NCBI RefSeq assembly: GCF_011745625.1
Contig: NW_027191505.1
Coordinates: 62,001 to 84,065, forward strand
DNA: 22,065 bases
From: Cladosporium halotolerans
Lineage: Eukaryota
Direction: 5' to 3'
A program made the position numbers and the translations under genes. This document shows positions 1-12,135 of the stretch, in pieces. The notes under the pieces are model-generated. The model had not been told where the DNA came from, did no database searches, and saw only the letters and a program-made list of their open reading frames with translations. Within the stretch, counting starts at the first letter, position 1; each line of letters begins with the position of its first letter.

Positions 1-1683
1 TGGCTGGTAGAAGGGAACCTCGTGGCCGGCCTCATAGATGCGGGAGAAGGACAGATTCCCATGTTGTCGTGTCTGACCGCCAATGTACGAGTCGTTTGTG
101 CGGAGGGGCGCGTAGCCTGCGGCATGGAAGGACTCATTTTGCGCGTGCGGAATAGCTAATGAGACTTGCTCACCGCCGTACCAGTTGCAAGCGAAATCCC
201 GGTCGCCATACATCATGGCAACTTTCACACCGTTATCGAGGAGGTAAGCCATGTCGCCGAGGGAGGCATCGCGGGGATATGCGCCCAAGGCGTTGAAGGC
301 TCTCTTAGTCGTGCCGGAGAATGATGTCCAGTTTAGCGGGACGCCAAGGGCCTCTTGGACGTGCTGCTGGTTGAGGAAGCCTCTATAGAAGGGGGGCGGT
401 GTGGGCGCCGGATCAAAAGTGCCGATGTCGAAGTATGCACGACCTGTCGAGTTGCGGTAGACGTCCATGATGTTCGTGTAGCAGAAGGTCTCAGCAGCCG
501 CGCAGATTTCGTTGACGGCATCGTTGTTGTCAAGATTGAGCGGGTCATGAATACTAGCAGCCTCGTGGCAGAGGAGCACTTGGTCTCTGCAGCCTCCTGG
601 CATTTCCCACGCCTCCACCATTCCCTGCGCTTGGGACTCGTTGATCGCGCGGCTGCCGTACGTGTTGTTGTAAGCCATGGTGACATATTCAGGCCACATG
701 GTCAAGCGGTCTGCGCAGCCATTGATGATAAGCAATGTGTCGAGGTTCAGAGGCGTTGCGTGGGTGCCGTTGCTGACGAGAGAGCTATTCGCAATTTTGT
801 GATTTTGCTCCTCGAAGTAGGCCGCGAACTCAGGTCCCCAGCGACCTCCCTAGCGGACGGGGTCAGTGAAAGTGCTGAACGGATGATCGTACGACGAAGA
901 CTTACAAAAGACTCTGTCGTGACGGAGATCCGTGAGTTGTTGGGATGATACTCCGGAAACTCCTGGGTGAAGGTCTGCATAAAATGCCAAGCGGCTTTGG
1001 CAGCGTCACGAACACCATGAGCTGTGTGGTTGCTGTTCTGACTTGGATACGTTCCAACGATGAGCGTGTTGTTCTGCTCTGGAACTACCGTACCGTTGTT
1101 CTCAAGAACAGTGATGTCGTTCTCGGCGAGGTTTTTGGTGACATTTTGTAGGATGTCGTAGCTAAAGCCGACTTGCACCGGCTGGTCGAGATAGAGCATG
1201 TTGACCTCATTATTCCACGACCATTCATTGAGATATGTCGAATTGGAATCCGAATTGACGTGGCACGGGCCATTCTCTGCGAAGAGTCCAGTCATGGATG
1301 AAGAACCGGGTCCACCGTTCAACCAGATGGCCAGGGGAGCATTCTGGGGGTCTTTTCTGGCTTCAAAAAACCAGAAGAATGAGTTGATCGGGAAATTCTG
1401 ATGACTGTCGCCGGTGTCGTTCAGTGCTCCTGGAGGAAGGTGAACGTAGCCGGTGTAACTCCGCACGCCTTCCGTTGTTTCGCAGATGTCGTTCTGTTGC
1501 TCAATCAGTCATGGCCTCAGATCATTCATGCAACTGAAAGCACCATACCTCCTTGTAGCTGATCTGTACACCGTCGTGAAATCTCGAATCGAGTACTGTA
1601 GTGCCTTGAGGCTTTGGCGGAGACTGCGCGACGGCGAAACCCGTGCTTAGTGCGCTTGCACCGACAAGCTGAGAGAGTCTCAT
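1..1683 (-). CDS. Secreted serine carboxypeptidase, peptidase family S10 (3' end truncated by window edge). Exons 1683-1549, 1493-906, 849-<1
   Basis: Signal-peptide-like start [21 protein letters not shown]10 motifs [21 protein letters not shown] and [15 protein letters not shown]. The catalytic Ser motif TESF|GGRWGP is rebuilt across intron 905-850 (GTAAGT...CTGAC...TAG). Catalytic Asp lies in [10 protein letters not shown] and catalytic His in [13 protein letters not shown] at the window edge. Intron 1548-1494 is GTATGG...CTGAT...CAG. Frame is open across 524 codons. Confidence 0.95.
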
Positions 1684-3564
1684 CGTTTCTCGTCGTGTAG
1701 GGAGGGGATGAGGTCAGGCTCGAAATCCGGAAGCGGATGGACGAGGATGTTATTATAGCTTCAAGTCGCGGCTCCAATGACAAAAGCGAGTGTGGTCATC
1801 GCTCAAGAAACCAATGAATTACGGGGCTGAATGATAATCTAAACGGCCAGCTTCACGTTTGGTTGCATAGTGACGTATAGTCTGCTTGAACAGCCCATAT
1901 ATCGTCGCAATTCATATTGTGCGCCTCCCTTTCAAGGTGATGCGGATGCCGCATACAGCAATTCGAGATCCCGTCCCACGTCAAATGGAGCAGACGTTGA
2001 GATGGCGTCCGGCACAGAGCCGAGGACGTCCACGGCTTCTGTCCGCCGCAGACATCTTCGGGTATGTCAATGGTCTAGCGACGCAATGCGCGGCCGTCGA
2101 TGCTCGTCGAACTAGCTCAACATGGTGTTGTAGGAAGGAGATTGGGGGGATGTATGCGGCGGCGGTGGAAGCTCTCTGCAACGTGCTTATGTGCAAGAAG
2201 AGAAGCCTTCAACACGTCGACGGAGGCGGTCTTGGGCCCCGGGCACCTGGGCCGCGATCGGCAGGACCGACCCGCAATTCTGTTGATCCTTTTCCACGCC
2301 GCTGGCGCTGGCTCCAACGAGCTTTTGCATCACATTGACGCTGAATCTCCAGCCGTCGGAGGAAGCCGACTTCATGATCACAGGCCCCGAAGCTTCTAAA
2401 GAGGCACAAATGGGCCCATGCGTTAATCAACACCAAGGACCGCAGTGTTGTGACATTAAGCCGATCAATAGCTGTGGGAAGTTGAAGCAGGATAAAAATT
2501 GGCTTGACGGCCATGTCTTCACGTATACCGATTTGACTGTAAGCATCAACCCAGCCAATACTCAGCCGGAATGGAGCAGACCAGCCGAAGAGCTTTACAC
2601 CTGAAAGAGTATTAAAGCAGGAGGGGAGGGCCTTTCATAATTGAATCGAAGTTCGAGCTCAGCTCAGGACCGGTTTCAAACTTCTTTGGGTTTTGTTATG
2701 CCAGTCGCTGCCACCGAGCAGGTGTCACGGGCCAATAGTTCCGACCATGATTTTCGCCCCATAGAATCCGAACGAGTATTCTGCGCCGACCGTCACCAGC
2801 GGCATGATTTACCGCCTATTGAGGTGAGTAAACCGTGCCTGTCACCGAGTTGCGCCTTGATAAGATTCTCCATGGGCGACATCCAAATTGGATAGAAGGA
2901 CACTGCTCGTGACACTGTCTTGCAAGGCCCAGCCCAAATGGACCGCGCGTGCTTGGATGGATGTCTGCTGCCTCAGGCATTCCAGGCTTGCCGTTCCGCT
3001 GGATTGCCGACAACCCCCGTGGTCCGTCCTCAGCCTTGGTCCTTCGCAGCTCCGACCGACGTCCATCTTTGCTACATCAACACCCAGAGAGGACGCACCA
3101 AGGAGACCGAAATGGTCTCTTTGATCATGAATGCATTCATAGCAGAACATTTTTTCTGCTCTTCCGAGCGTCAACACCTTCCCGAACTATCTTCACACCA
3201 GTGAGCCGAGGTGCGACCCGACCTGCGACTGCGACCCAAGGAAAGCCACCGTGATGGCAACATGCGGTATTACCAGGGCGGAGGGACCGCCAATCGCTGC
3301 GCCCAGATACAGTCACTCCACGTGAATGGTGGACCGTGTAGCTCCAAGACGCACAATCTGTTGGCATCCGAGGCTGTGAAGCAAAAGTGTCGCGTCGCCG
3401 TAATTATTTGGCTTGGTTCGCAGCTTGGTGTTCTGGGCGCTCAGTCCATTTCAGGCAGGTGGATCTTATCATTGTCTTGACATCTCAGCATCCTAGAAAC
3501 ACAACTGCAAGCAGTGCATAGCATGGCGAGAGGTCTGGACCACCCCGTGTCTTTACTTCAGGGA

Positions 3565-3570
3565 TATAAG
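3565..3570 (+). promoter_or_regulatory. Possible TATA box for the gene starting at 3648
   Basis: TATAAG about 80 nt upstream of the ATG at 3648. Support is position and sequence only. Confidence 0.35.
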
Positions 3571-3647
3571 TATGCGTGGAGGCGCCGCGAAGAACCTGCT
3601 GATAGCAGCTTACCCGAACATACCAACTGTCGTTGGGCGAAGTCACA

Positions 3648-5252
3648 ATGAAATATTCTTCCGTCCTTCTGGCCATTTCCACAGCTGCTAATGCTGCCCA
3701 CTTCTCCAAGGAGCAGTATGACTCTGGCGAGGTCCATCAGCGAATCATTGACATGAAGAATGTATGTCGACTAGACGGGCAACATTGGCAGGTGAAGACT
3801 GTGTCTCATTAACGCTGCTCCAGGCCCAATGGGACGCTTTGGAAGCCGCAGGTGCACTGAACAGCTCCCAATGGCCTTCCTGGAAGGACTGGGACAAGCT
3901 TTCCAATAGTGTCAAGAAGGATCGATTGAAGTGCCGTCGCGGCCTCGCGGTTGCGGAGAAAGGCAATCCGGAGCAGACTTTCCGCTGTCAGAATGTGAGT
4001 TCGTGATGCGACCTGACCTGTGAGATTGGTCGCTTACGGGCCGCAGATGGATCTCTACGACTTCCTCAACCATGAGAGCATGGGCGGCGGAGAGGCAGAT
4101 CCTCGTTACCCGAACAGACGTGGCTCCTCAGTTTGGGGTTGGGTCGGGCCCAAAGGTCGGCAATTTGGTCTCATCGGTCAGCATACTGGCACTGCTTTTG
4201 TCGAGATCGACAAGCGAGGCAAGATGACCTACCTTGGCCGCTTGCCGTGCCAAGACCCGATTGGCTCCTCCTGGCGCGAGATCCGCGTTCTGAATGACTT
4301 TGCCATCATTGGATCTGAGGCCGTGGGACACAATGTCCAGATCTTTGACATGAACAAGGTTGCGGCCATCGATCCAAGGAACCCAGTGACTTTCAACAAG
4401 GATACCGACCTTGTGAGCGTGTTTGATGAGCTTCCAATCGGACGTGCGCACAACGTTGTCATCGATTGGGACAACGAGTACGCCATTGCCGTCGGCGCCC
4501 AGCCTCGCAATCAAACGTGTGCCGCTGGTCTCGAGTACATCAATCTTGACGACCCTTCCGCTCCATACAAGCCGGGTTGTGCTAGCTCCGACGGTTACAC
4601 CCACGATGCTCAGTGCGTCACTTACAATGGGCCCGATCGCCGTTACAAGGGCCGCAATATCTGCGTCGCCTACAACGAAGACAGCATCACAGTCTGGGAC
4701 TCCACCGACAAAGCCAATTCTAAAATGCTCGGTCGTCTCGAGTACCCGGGAGCAACCTACACTCATCAAGGCTGGTGGACGGAGCGTAACTGGCATCAAT
4801 TCGTGCTGCTGAACGACGAGCTCGACGAAGTGGAAGGCGTTGTCGCAGACGGCGTTCCCATCACGCACATCATCGACCTCACTGACTTGCGCAACCCCAA
4901 GTGGACTGGCACTTTCAAGTCCACGGACCACCGCGCCGTCGACCACAACCTGTACATCGAGGACGGCGTCATGTTCCAGTCCAACTACGGCGCTGGTGTT
5001 TGGGTTCACGACGTCCGCTCTATTGCCAAACACCCGGATGGCAGCCGCGTCAAGACCTTGGCTTTCTTCGACATGCATCCCGAGGACGACGCGGCGGGCG
5101 GCTCGCTTGACTTTGTTGGCACTTGGGGTAACTTTCAGTTCCCGTCCGGCTTCATTATTGCAAACACCTTTGAGCGTGGCGCGTACGTGCTCAGGGTTGC
5201 TGAGGGTCGTGGCCGCAATGGTGGACGCGGATTTGGTGGGAAGTCCAAGTAA
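3648..5252 (+). CDS. Secreted choice-of-anchor B family / LVIVD-repeat-like protein, 496 aa, function unknown (fungal homologs are often labelled 'regulatory P domain' proteins). Exons 3648-3761, 3824-3994, 4047-5252
   Basis: Signal peptide MKYSSVLLAISTAANA. Introns 3762-3823 (GTATGT...TTAAC...CAG) and 3995-4046 (GTGAGT...CAG) keep the frame. Motifs recalled for this family: GSSVWGW, SSWREIR, AHNVVID, GYTHDAQCV, YTHQGW, LNDELDE, DHNLY, QSNYGAG, FFDMHPEDD, FVGTW. Confidence 0.85.
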
Positions 5253-5445
5253 AGATGATGCTGACAAGCTCATCATTCGAGGAAAGACCCATTGGGTACA
5301 AAAAAAGCTTGAAGAGTCTTATGCAATGGACTGGACTCGAGTCCGCCACCACGCTTGTGGGATGGGAAAAATCGTCAATTTCCGCCGTAAAGGTATGCGA
5401 TCCATAGCAAGCCGTCGCAAATTCACTGATGAGACACTGCCTGGG

Positions 5446-6664
5446 CTACCTGTCCAAGCCGTCTTGCCGCGTCTCCCTCAGTATCGGAATCTCATCCGTT
5501 GAACTTATATACTCTACGGAGTATTCCGTTTCCCTCACGATGTTAAGCGTGTTCATTCCTCTGGTGGGCCTATCATCCTGCCAATTCCGCGTCGCCGTTT
5601 GGCAATCTGACTCAGTCGCCACGACAGCTCCTGAACCTGGCTTGCTGGCGGCTTTGTTCCCTGACCGCTGTTGCAGCGAATAACTCTCAGGCCCTGCGTT
5701 GACCGTGCACCCGAACCCGAAACCGGAGTTGAAGCTCAGCGTGAAGGCTCGCAAGGCTAGGAATTGGCTTACGAGCAAGGCGTATGTGGATTCGACCAGC
5801 AACCAAATGAGCAACAGTGCGCTATCCAGACCGAGGTCCACGTCTTTTCTGCAAAGTCGTCTCGTGTAGATGAAACGGCCGACCGAGAGTGCGAGAAGAG
5901 GTGAGCGCAGCCAGAAGGCTCCGAGGACGACGAGCCTCTTTCGCGTCGGCATCTGGAGGTGCCAGATCATGCTGAGGGGAAGGGCGAGGAGAATGGACTC
6001 GGTGAGGAGGTCGAGGGCGGTGAACACCGTCCAGCGGGTTGACTGCGTAGGGTCAGTTCTGCCTTTCTACACGCGCTTGTGGGCTTGATACCTGAATAGA
6101 GCAAGCTGATAGATCCGACGAGGACAGCCAGTAGCGTCCGGAGGGCGCTGGCCAACTGACAGTTACTGACACAACAGATGCCAGGCCGAGAGCCATGAAG
6201 CTGGCGAGGCAAAATCGGTGAACCCACATCTGTTTCCCGTGTTTGGTGAGCCGGAGGAGGAAGGCTACGACACTCGCCTTTGAAAGATGGAGAGCGATTG
6301 TGAACGTAATGACACAGGCCAAGGATGCCTGCAGCAACATTCGATGTTAGAGGACGCTCGTCTGGAAAGCGACCCGCAGAGTCGGAGAACCGATACTCAC
6401 CTGGCTGAATACCGACAAGCTGTGCACGGTTTCGATATATTGCCACGGCTGGCCTGCCCCATGGTCGATGGCGACGTAGACTGCGGCAAATTGACTGAGC
6501 AGCGCGCAAGTCGCCGCTACGATGACCGTGTCGTCAATGCCGTAGGTACCTCGTCGAATCCATGCTCGGAGCACACCGGAGCAGAGCGTATAGGCTAAGC
6601 ACAGACTGTTAGTGAAGGTGAGCGTGTCTTCGTAGCCGACGCGCCCTCTGCGTGCTTCTGCCAT
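5446..6664 (-). CDS. PTH11-like (fungal rhodopsin-domain) integral membrane protein without CFEM domain, 365 aa. Exons 6664-6401, 6328-6092, 6042-5446
   Basis: Motif RAWIRRGTYGIDDTVIVAA (GxDD), plus LSKASVVAFLLRL, ALDLLTESILLALPLSMIWHLQMPTRKRLVVLGAFWLR and W..VE..Y. About seven hydrophobic segments. Introns 6400-6329 (GTGAGT...CTAAC...CAG) and 6091-6043 (GTATCA...CTGAC...CAG) keep the frame. Confidence 0.88.
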
Positions 6665-7338
6665 ACTGCGACTCTTCGAATTGCACGCGCGTAGAGAAGA
6701 CAAAAAGAATGGCGATGAGAGCCATGCGCAGCGGACGCGAGCGGGCTTGAAGCTACTCATCACAAGTCCCACCTGCTTTGCTTGGGTCGCATGCGAATAT
6801 ACCTGGCGACCCAGATCCCTGGCTTCCCAGCTACTGCAACGCTACATTAAGCCGCTAAGGATTCATCCAAATGCAAACAAGAACGCGGCGCATGAGCAGG
6901 GTTGATGAAGGAAGCGTCTTCTGGTGCATTCGTACTTCATGGACAACCCAAGTGCCATCTGATCCCTCCCCAGCGCGATATCACCGGCGCCGCGTTGCCT
7001 TCCGATGAGCTTGAGGGCGATCTGGTTCTGCCATCAATTGCTGTCTTGAAGTGTTGCTCTGGCGTGTAATGATCAATTCGGTTCAGACGACCACAGCGCC
7101 GAGGGAGAGTTTACAGGGAATACGCGAAGTGGCACCAGATACTTTCGCTTGCGCAATATTGAAGGCCCACCGGCATCCACTCGAGGGTCTGAACTTTGAA
7201 GCCCTGGCCGTGCTGTGGTTTGGCGAGCGGAGTTGAATCCTTCGGTTAACATTTGATTGGAAGCGGCCGGGCGCGCTGCCCCAGATGGGCAACGGGCGGC
7301 GCTAAGCTTTCACTGCTTGGTTGCGCTTGTTTTGCCAT

Positions 7339-7397
7339 CGCATGCTTAGCCTTTCCTCACCACGCACCCACCACGCCGTCCGCATGCTTAGCTTTTC
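7339..7397. repeat. 17-bp direct repeat CGCATGCTTAGCYTTTC (7339-7355 and 7381-7397) in a divergent promoter
   Basis: Two copies with one mismatch, 42 bp apart. The spacer holds CACCACGC twice (7358-7365, 7369-7376). Confidence 0.7.
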
Positions 7398-7786
7398 ATG
7401 CCTACGCCTTCCCGCAGGCTTAGTCCTGTTCCCGGATGCCTAGGATCATGCCCAAACTACCGAGAGCATCCTTCGCGGCGGGATAGACGTCCGAGTTGAC
7501 GCTAGCTTCACGTCTGGACTGGATGGCACCATGTGTCCGCACTTCCGAATGGCCATGCGGAGCCCGAGCCCGAGCCCATGCCATGCTGCTGCAGGCGATG
7601 CTACGCGAGGTGGAAGATTTTCCGCGTCTGGATGATGGCCGAGCATAAGGCTCGGAGAACAGGCTTCTGTCCAAGGTGGCCTTTCATCAATACCTGCTGC
7701 TGGTTTCCTCCTCTTCCTGCGTCTGTTGCTTCTTCACCTTTGATACAACTCTACACCGGTGGTCAGAGCTTGCCACGTCTGCCAGC

Positions 7787-9769
7787 ATGGCTCGCAAAGG
7801 CGACAGTGGCAACTTGAAAGTCCAAGAGATGTTGGACTTCGCGGATCCCGAAGTCCAAGATCCTTATGTCACCAAAACCAAAGGTGGTACAGCTGCTGAT
7901 TTACAGGACATGCAGCGTATGGGGCGTGTGCAGGAACTTCGAGTATGCCTACCATTTTTTGAGCTGGAGGGGTAAGAGCCATTGCTGACAGCAGCACAGC
8001 GCAACTTCAAATTTGTCGGCATCGTGGGGTTTGTTACCATCCTACAAGCAACATGGGTGAGACGATTCCGCCAAACGTTCCAACAAGTGCCGCTCGCTGA
8101 CTGGTGCAGGAATGCACGCTACTATCCAACTGGTCCGGTCTGTTCAATGGGTAGGTCTCTATCAACACAAGCAGACATTGGGCAGAGCTGAATCGTAGGA
8201 CAGAGGTACTGCAGGACTGATCTGGACCACCATCATCGTCTGGCTCTTCATGCTTTGCTTGATCGCGTCAATGTGAGTGTTTTGCTAAGTATTTCGGGCC
8301 GCAACCACCAACCGCTAACAATTACCAGCGCAGAAATGGCATCCATGGCCCCGAATAGGTTTGCTTCTCCCATTGCTTGCTTCTACCTCGGCTGAGAGCT
8401 GATCTTCCTACCCAGCGGCGGACAGTATCATTGGGTAAGCGAGTTTGCCCCAGCTTCTTTGCAGAAGCCCCTGTCGTACGCGGCTGGCTGGGCTTCAACA
8501 ATCGGCTGGATTGCAGGCGTTCCTTCATGCGCAATTCAACTCGCCGGCGTCATACAGCAGCTCATCGCAATTGGAAACCCGGATACAACCTTCACGACTG
8601 CATGGCAGGTCACGCTGTTGATGTTCGCCTTCACCTTCTTGATCGTTGCGTTCAACATCTGGGGCGCTCATCATCTACCTCTGGCAGAGGGAATCATTCT
8701 GTTTGCTCACATCTTCGGCTTCTTCGCGTTCTTGATCGTCTTCTGGGTGATGGCGGATCACGCACCAGCAGAAAAGGTTTTTACCGAGTTCTACGACGGT
8801 GGGGAATGGGGCTCAAACGGCCTGAGCACGTTGATTGGTCTGACCTCAGCCATCTGGTGCTTCATTGGTCCCGACGCCGGGGCGCACATGAGTGAAGAGC
8901 TCAAAGACGCGTCGATTCAGCTTCCGAGAGCGATGATGTGGAGCATCTCGCTCAATGGAATCCTTGGCATCACTATGGTGATTTCATTCTGCTTCTGCAT
9001 AAAGGACGTCGATGCGTTCGTCAATTCGGTAAGATCCACCGTGTAAGGCTACGGTGCAGCTTCTGACGTCCTCGCAGGACTCCGGCTACCCAATTGTGGA
9101 TGTAATATATGAAATCACTGGCTCTTACGCTGGGACCTGTGTGCTCATTGCCTTCCTCATTGTTCTCCTATTCTTCTCCGCCGTCTCCACCGTCGCCAGC
9201 TCGTCACGGCAGATCTGGTCCTTTTCCCGCGATCACGTACGCTGCGCCCTCTTATCATCTTCCGCAACCGCGTCCAACTGATTTTCCATTTCCAGGGCTT
9301 TCCCTATTCCGAATGGATCCGCCAAGTCCGTCCTGGGTCCGAAGTCCCCGTCAACTCTCTGATCGTCTGCCTCGTGGTCTCTTTGATCCTGGCTTGCATC
9401 AATTTCGGCTCTGATGTTGCTCTCAACGCCATTCTTTCCGTCAGCAATGCCGCTTTACTCCTCTCATACATCATCTCCATCGGCGCCCTACGGCTCAAAA
9501 GGATCTACGGAGACCCACTACCTCCACATCGCTGGTCTCTCGGCGCTTGGGGAGGTCTCGTCAACGATCTCACGCTTGTCTTTCTCCTTGTGGCGTTCTT
9601 CTTCGCCTTTTGGCCGTCATACAAGCTTATTGGAGACGCGAGCGCTGCTGGAGACTTCAATTGGGCTGTGGTTGTGCTGGCGATCGTTGGCATTCTGGCC
9701 TTCGGTTACTATTTCGTTGGTGGAAAGCAAAAGTATACCGCCCCTGTCAGCTTTGTTAAGGCCGAGTAG
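7787..9769 (+). CDS. APC-superfamily amino acid permease (choline/GABA, ACT-type), 532 aa. Exons 7787-7942, 8000-8056, 8110-8150, 8204-8272, 8329-8358, 8416-9028, 9078-9236, 9296-9769
   Basis: The spliced product contains DMQRMGRVQELRRNF, NGGTAGLIW, AEMASMAPNSGGQYHWVSEFAP, GPDAGAHMSEE, SSSRQIWSFSRDHGFP and FNWAVV. Seven GT-AG introns give an open frame of 533 codons. Confidence 0.95.
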
Positions 9770-10334
9770 ATGGAGATATTTGGAGGAGCTTGGAACTCTG
9801 TTGCAATTGCATTTCATTCGGGCTACCAAACAACCTGCGGGCAGAGATCCTTCATTCTCCATTTTCGCTTTCCATCATCGCGTACCGGCAAACTTAAAAC
9901 TGATCGCAGCTATTGAATCGCAACCATGATTCTTCATGAAATTGCGGTGTGGACGGAATTAATGGTCTGGGTCTTTGAATACTTGAGGCCCTGCCGAACG
10001 CTCGAGAAAGAGCTGCTTACCGATGCATCTCACGCTCAGCTACAGAGTCGCTGTGCTTTGCATCGGTCATCTGTTCTAACAGTCAAAGATCGAAACGGAA
10101 TTCAATGCCAGCATTACGTCACAGTGATCGGCGTGAACAAAGACTCAGGTTCCCTGCATCGAGAACCAGAGACTGAAGTGAAGCTTTCAACCATCAGAGT
10201 GCTTGTTCACAAAATTCATGGCTTAGCGAGGATATTCCGATTCAACCTTGATGATTGTGCAAACTACAAAAACGTAGCACGAGCCAAGCAAAATGCAATG
10301 TATCAAAACCTCCCCTTGAGCTGCACCAAGCAAT

Positions 10335-12135
10335 ATGTTACTCAGCCGTCGTGTCTTCTTCGCGCAATTGGTCGCCTCAGCTTTTGCAAGTCCAGTTCGT
10401 CTCTCAAGCAATGGTGTTGAAAGGAAACCGCTTCTAAAGGACTTCGATGCTCTGGGTGCATGGTTTGATGGCGTCGCCGCGATCAACACCTCTACTGCGC
10501 CGTCGTCCAAACCCAACGCTTCTATCGCAATTGTCGGCGCCGGTATCTCTGGCCTAGCCACAGTCTTGATGCTCGACAGCGTTGGGGTGCACAACTGGGA
10601 GCTCGTCGAAGCCAGCAACCGAGTTGGCGGTCGCTTTCGGACGAAGTTTGTTGGCGGCACACAGGAATATGCCGAGATGGGCCCCATGAGGCTTCCTTAC
10701 CGGGTTACGTACAAGAGCGATAACTCGACACATGTATACACAGAGCATCAGTTGACTTATCAGTTGGCGGACTGGCTGAATGAGCTCAACAAAAACAACC
10801 CGCACTGGAAAGTTGACTTCGTTCCTTGGATCCAGCATCATCCCAACGAGCTCCTAGCACGTGGGACCGGAAGGCTGCCTGATGGGACGATACCGACACG
10901 GGCTGATGTCGATGCAAATGCAAGTCTTGCAAGCTCGAATGCTTTGATATCTGACGAATTTGACAAGACTAAAGCCGAGATGAATGGCATTCTGAAAAAC
11001 GAGGAAACTCTGAAGTCTATCCAGCAGGACGTGTGGCGGGCTCATAAGAAGGCAATGAATCAGAACCTGGATGACTACAGCGAGCAGGCCATGATGCGCA
11101 ATGTGTTCCGGGCCAGCGAGAATGTCACCGATGCCATTTGGACAGCTTCTGACTATGACGTCTTTTGGGATGAAATGGTGCACAATTCAAACTTGGGCCT
11201 AGACGGCAGTCCTGGAAGCCTTGGGGAGACAGAGTGGAAGCGTGTAGACGGGGGCTTTAACAGGCTCTCTGATGCGTTCCTTCCGCATGTAAAGGACCGC
11301 TTGACTCTTGGACGCAAGATTTCGAAGCTGGAGTCTGTGGGCCATGAAGGCTCAGTCAAGACTCGTCTCTCCTGGAAAGAAAGCAATCGGACCGTCGGTC
11401 ACAAGGACTACGATTACACTGTCATGGCCGTGCCGTTCACGATGACGAGGTTCATGGATCTCCCGCCGTTCTCCTCGACGCTGAGCCGCGCAACCAGCGA
11501 GGCGGGCTTGCGGTTCAAGAGCGCGTGCAAAGTCGCTGTCCTCTTCAAGGATCGTTTCTGGGAGAAAGGTAAGCGCCCGATCTTTGGTGGATATTCGCAG
11601 CCGGAAAGCTCGCCTATCGGGGCACTCTACTATCCGGTCTATGGAATCAATGAGACAGGTCGTCCAGGACTCATCATTCACTATCGTGGTGGTGATTGGA
11701 GCGATCGCTTTGTGCCTATGTCAGATGAGCAGCATGTTGAGATAGTCCTGGACTCAATTGCAAGTCTCCATGGCGAAGGAATCAGAGAATCGTATACCGG
11801 CGACTACGAAAGGCTCTGTTGGCTTCAGGATGTGAGTACTGTCCCAACCAAATGATGAGTACTGCGTGTTGACTCCAAGAAAGGAACATACCGCCACGAG
11901 CTGGTGCCGGCCGGATGTCGAGCAGCACAAGCTTTACATACCATCGTACCACAACACAGAGCACAATACTATCTTCATTGGGGAACACACGGCGCCGACA
12001 CACGCTTGGATCAGCTCGGCATTACACTCTTCTGTTCGAGGAACGGTTCAGCTGCTGCTGGAACTCGGTCTTGTTGATGAGGCTAAGGAAATAAACGAGA
12101 GATGGATGGGCAGGTGGATCCAACCCATCGAGTGA
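10335..12135 (+). CDS. Secreted flavin-containing amine oxidoreductase, L-amino acid oxidase-like, 582 aa. Exons 10335-11831, 11884-12135
   Basis: FAD-binding motif IAIVGAGISGL, then EASNRVGGR, EMGPMRLP, VDGGF..L, KVAVLFKDRFWE and C-terminal FIGEHT...AWISSAL. Signal-peptide-like N terminus ending AFA-SP. Intron 11832-11883 (GTGAGT...TTGAC...AAG) joins CWLQD to EHTATSW in frame. Confidence 0.92.

Noticed and set aside
355..948. 197-aa + strand ORF
   Set aside because: Antisense shadow of the carboxypeptidase exon, with no recognisable motifs.
1684..3647. Many 60-150 aa ORFs and several GATA (AreA-type) sites in the 2-kb divergent intergenic region
   Set aside because: No ORF shows family motifs or a consistent splice model. 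The roughly four HGATAR sites I counted are no more than chance expectation for 2 kb.
4128..5502. Long overlapping ORFs 4128-5276 (-, 382 aa) and 4840-5502 (+, 220 aa)
   Set aside because: Explained by the strong C-ending codon bias of the real gene, which suppresses stops in alternative frames. The translations are low-information.
7560..7577. (GAGCCC)x3 microsatellite
   Set aside because: Too short to be meaningful.
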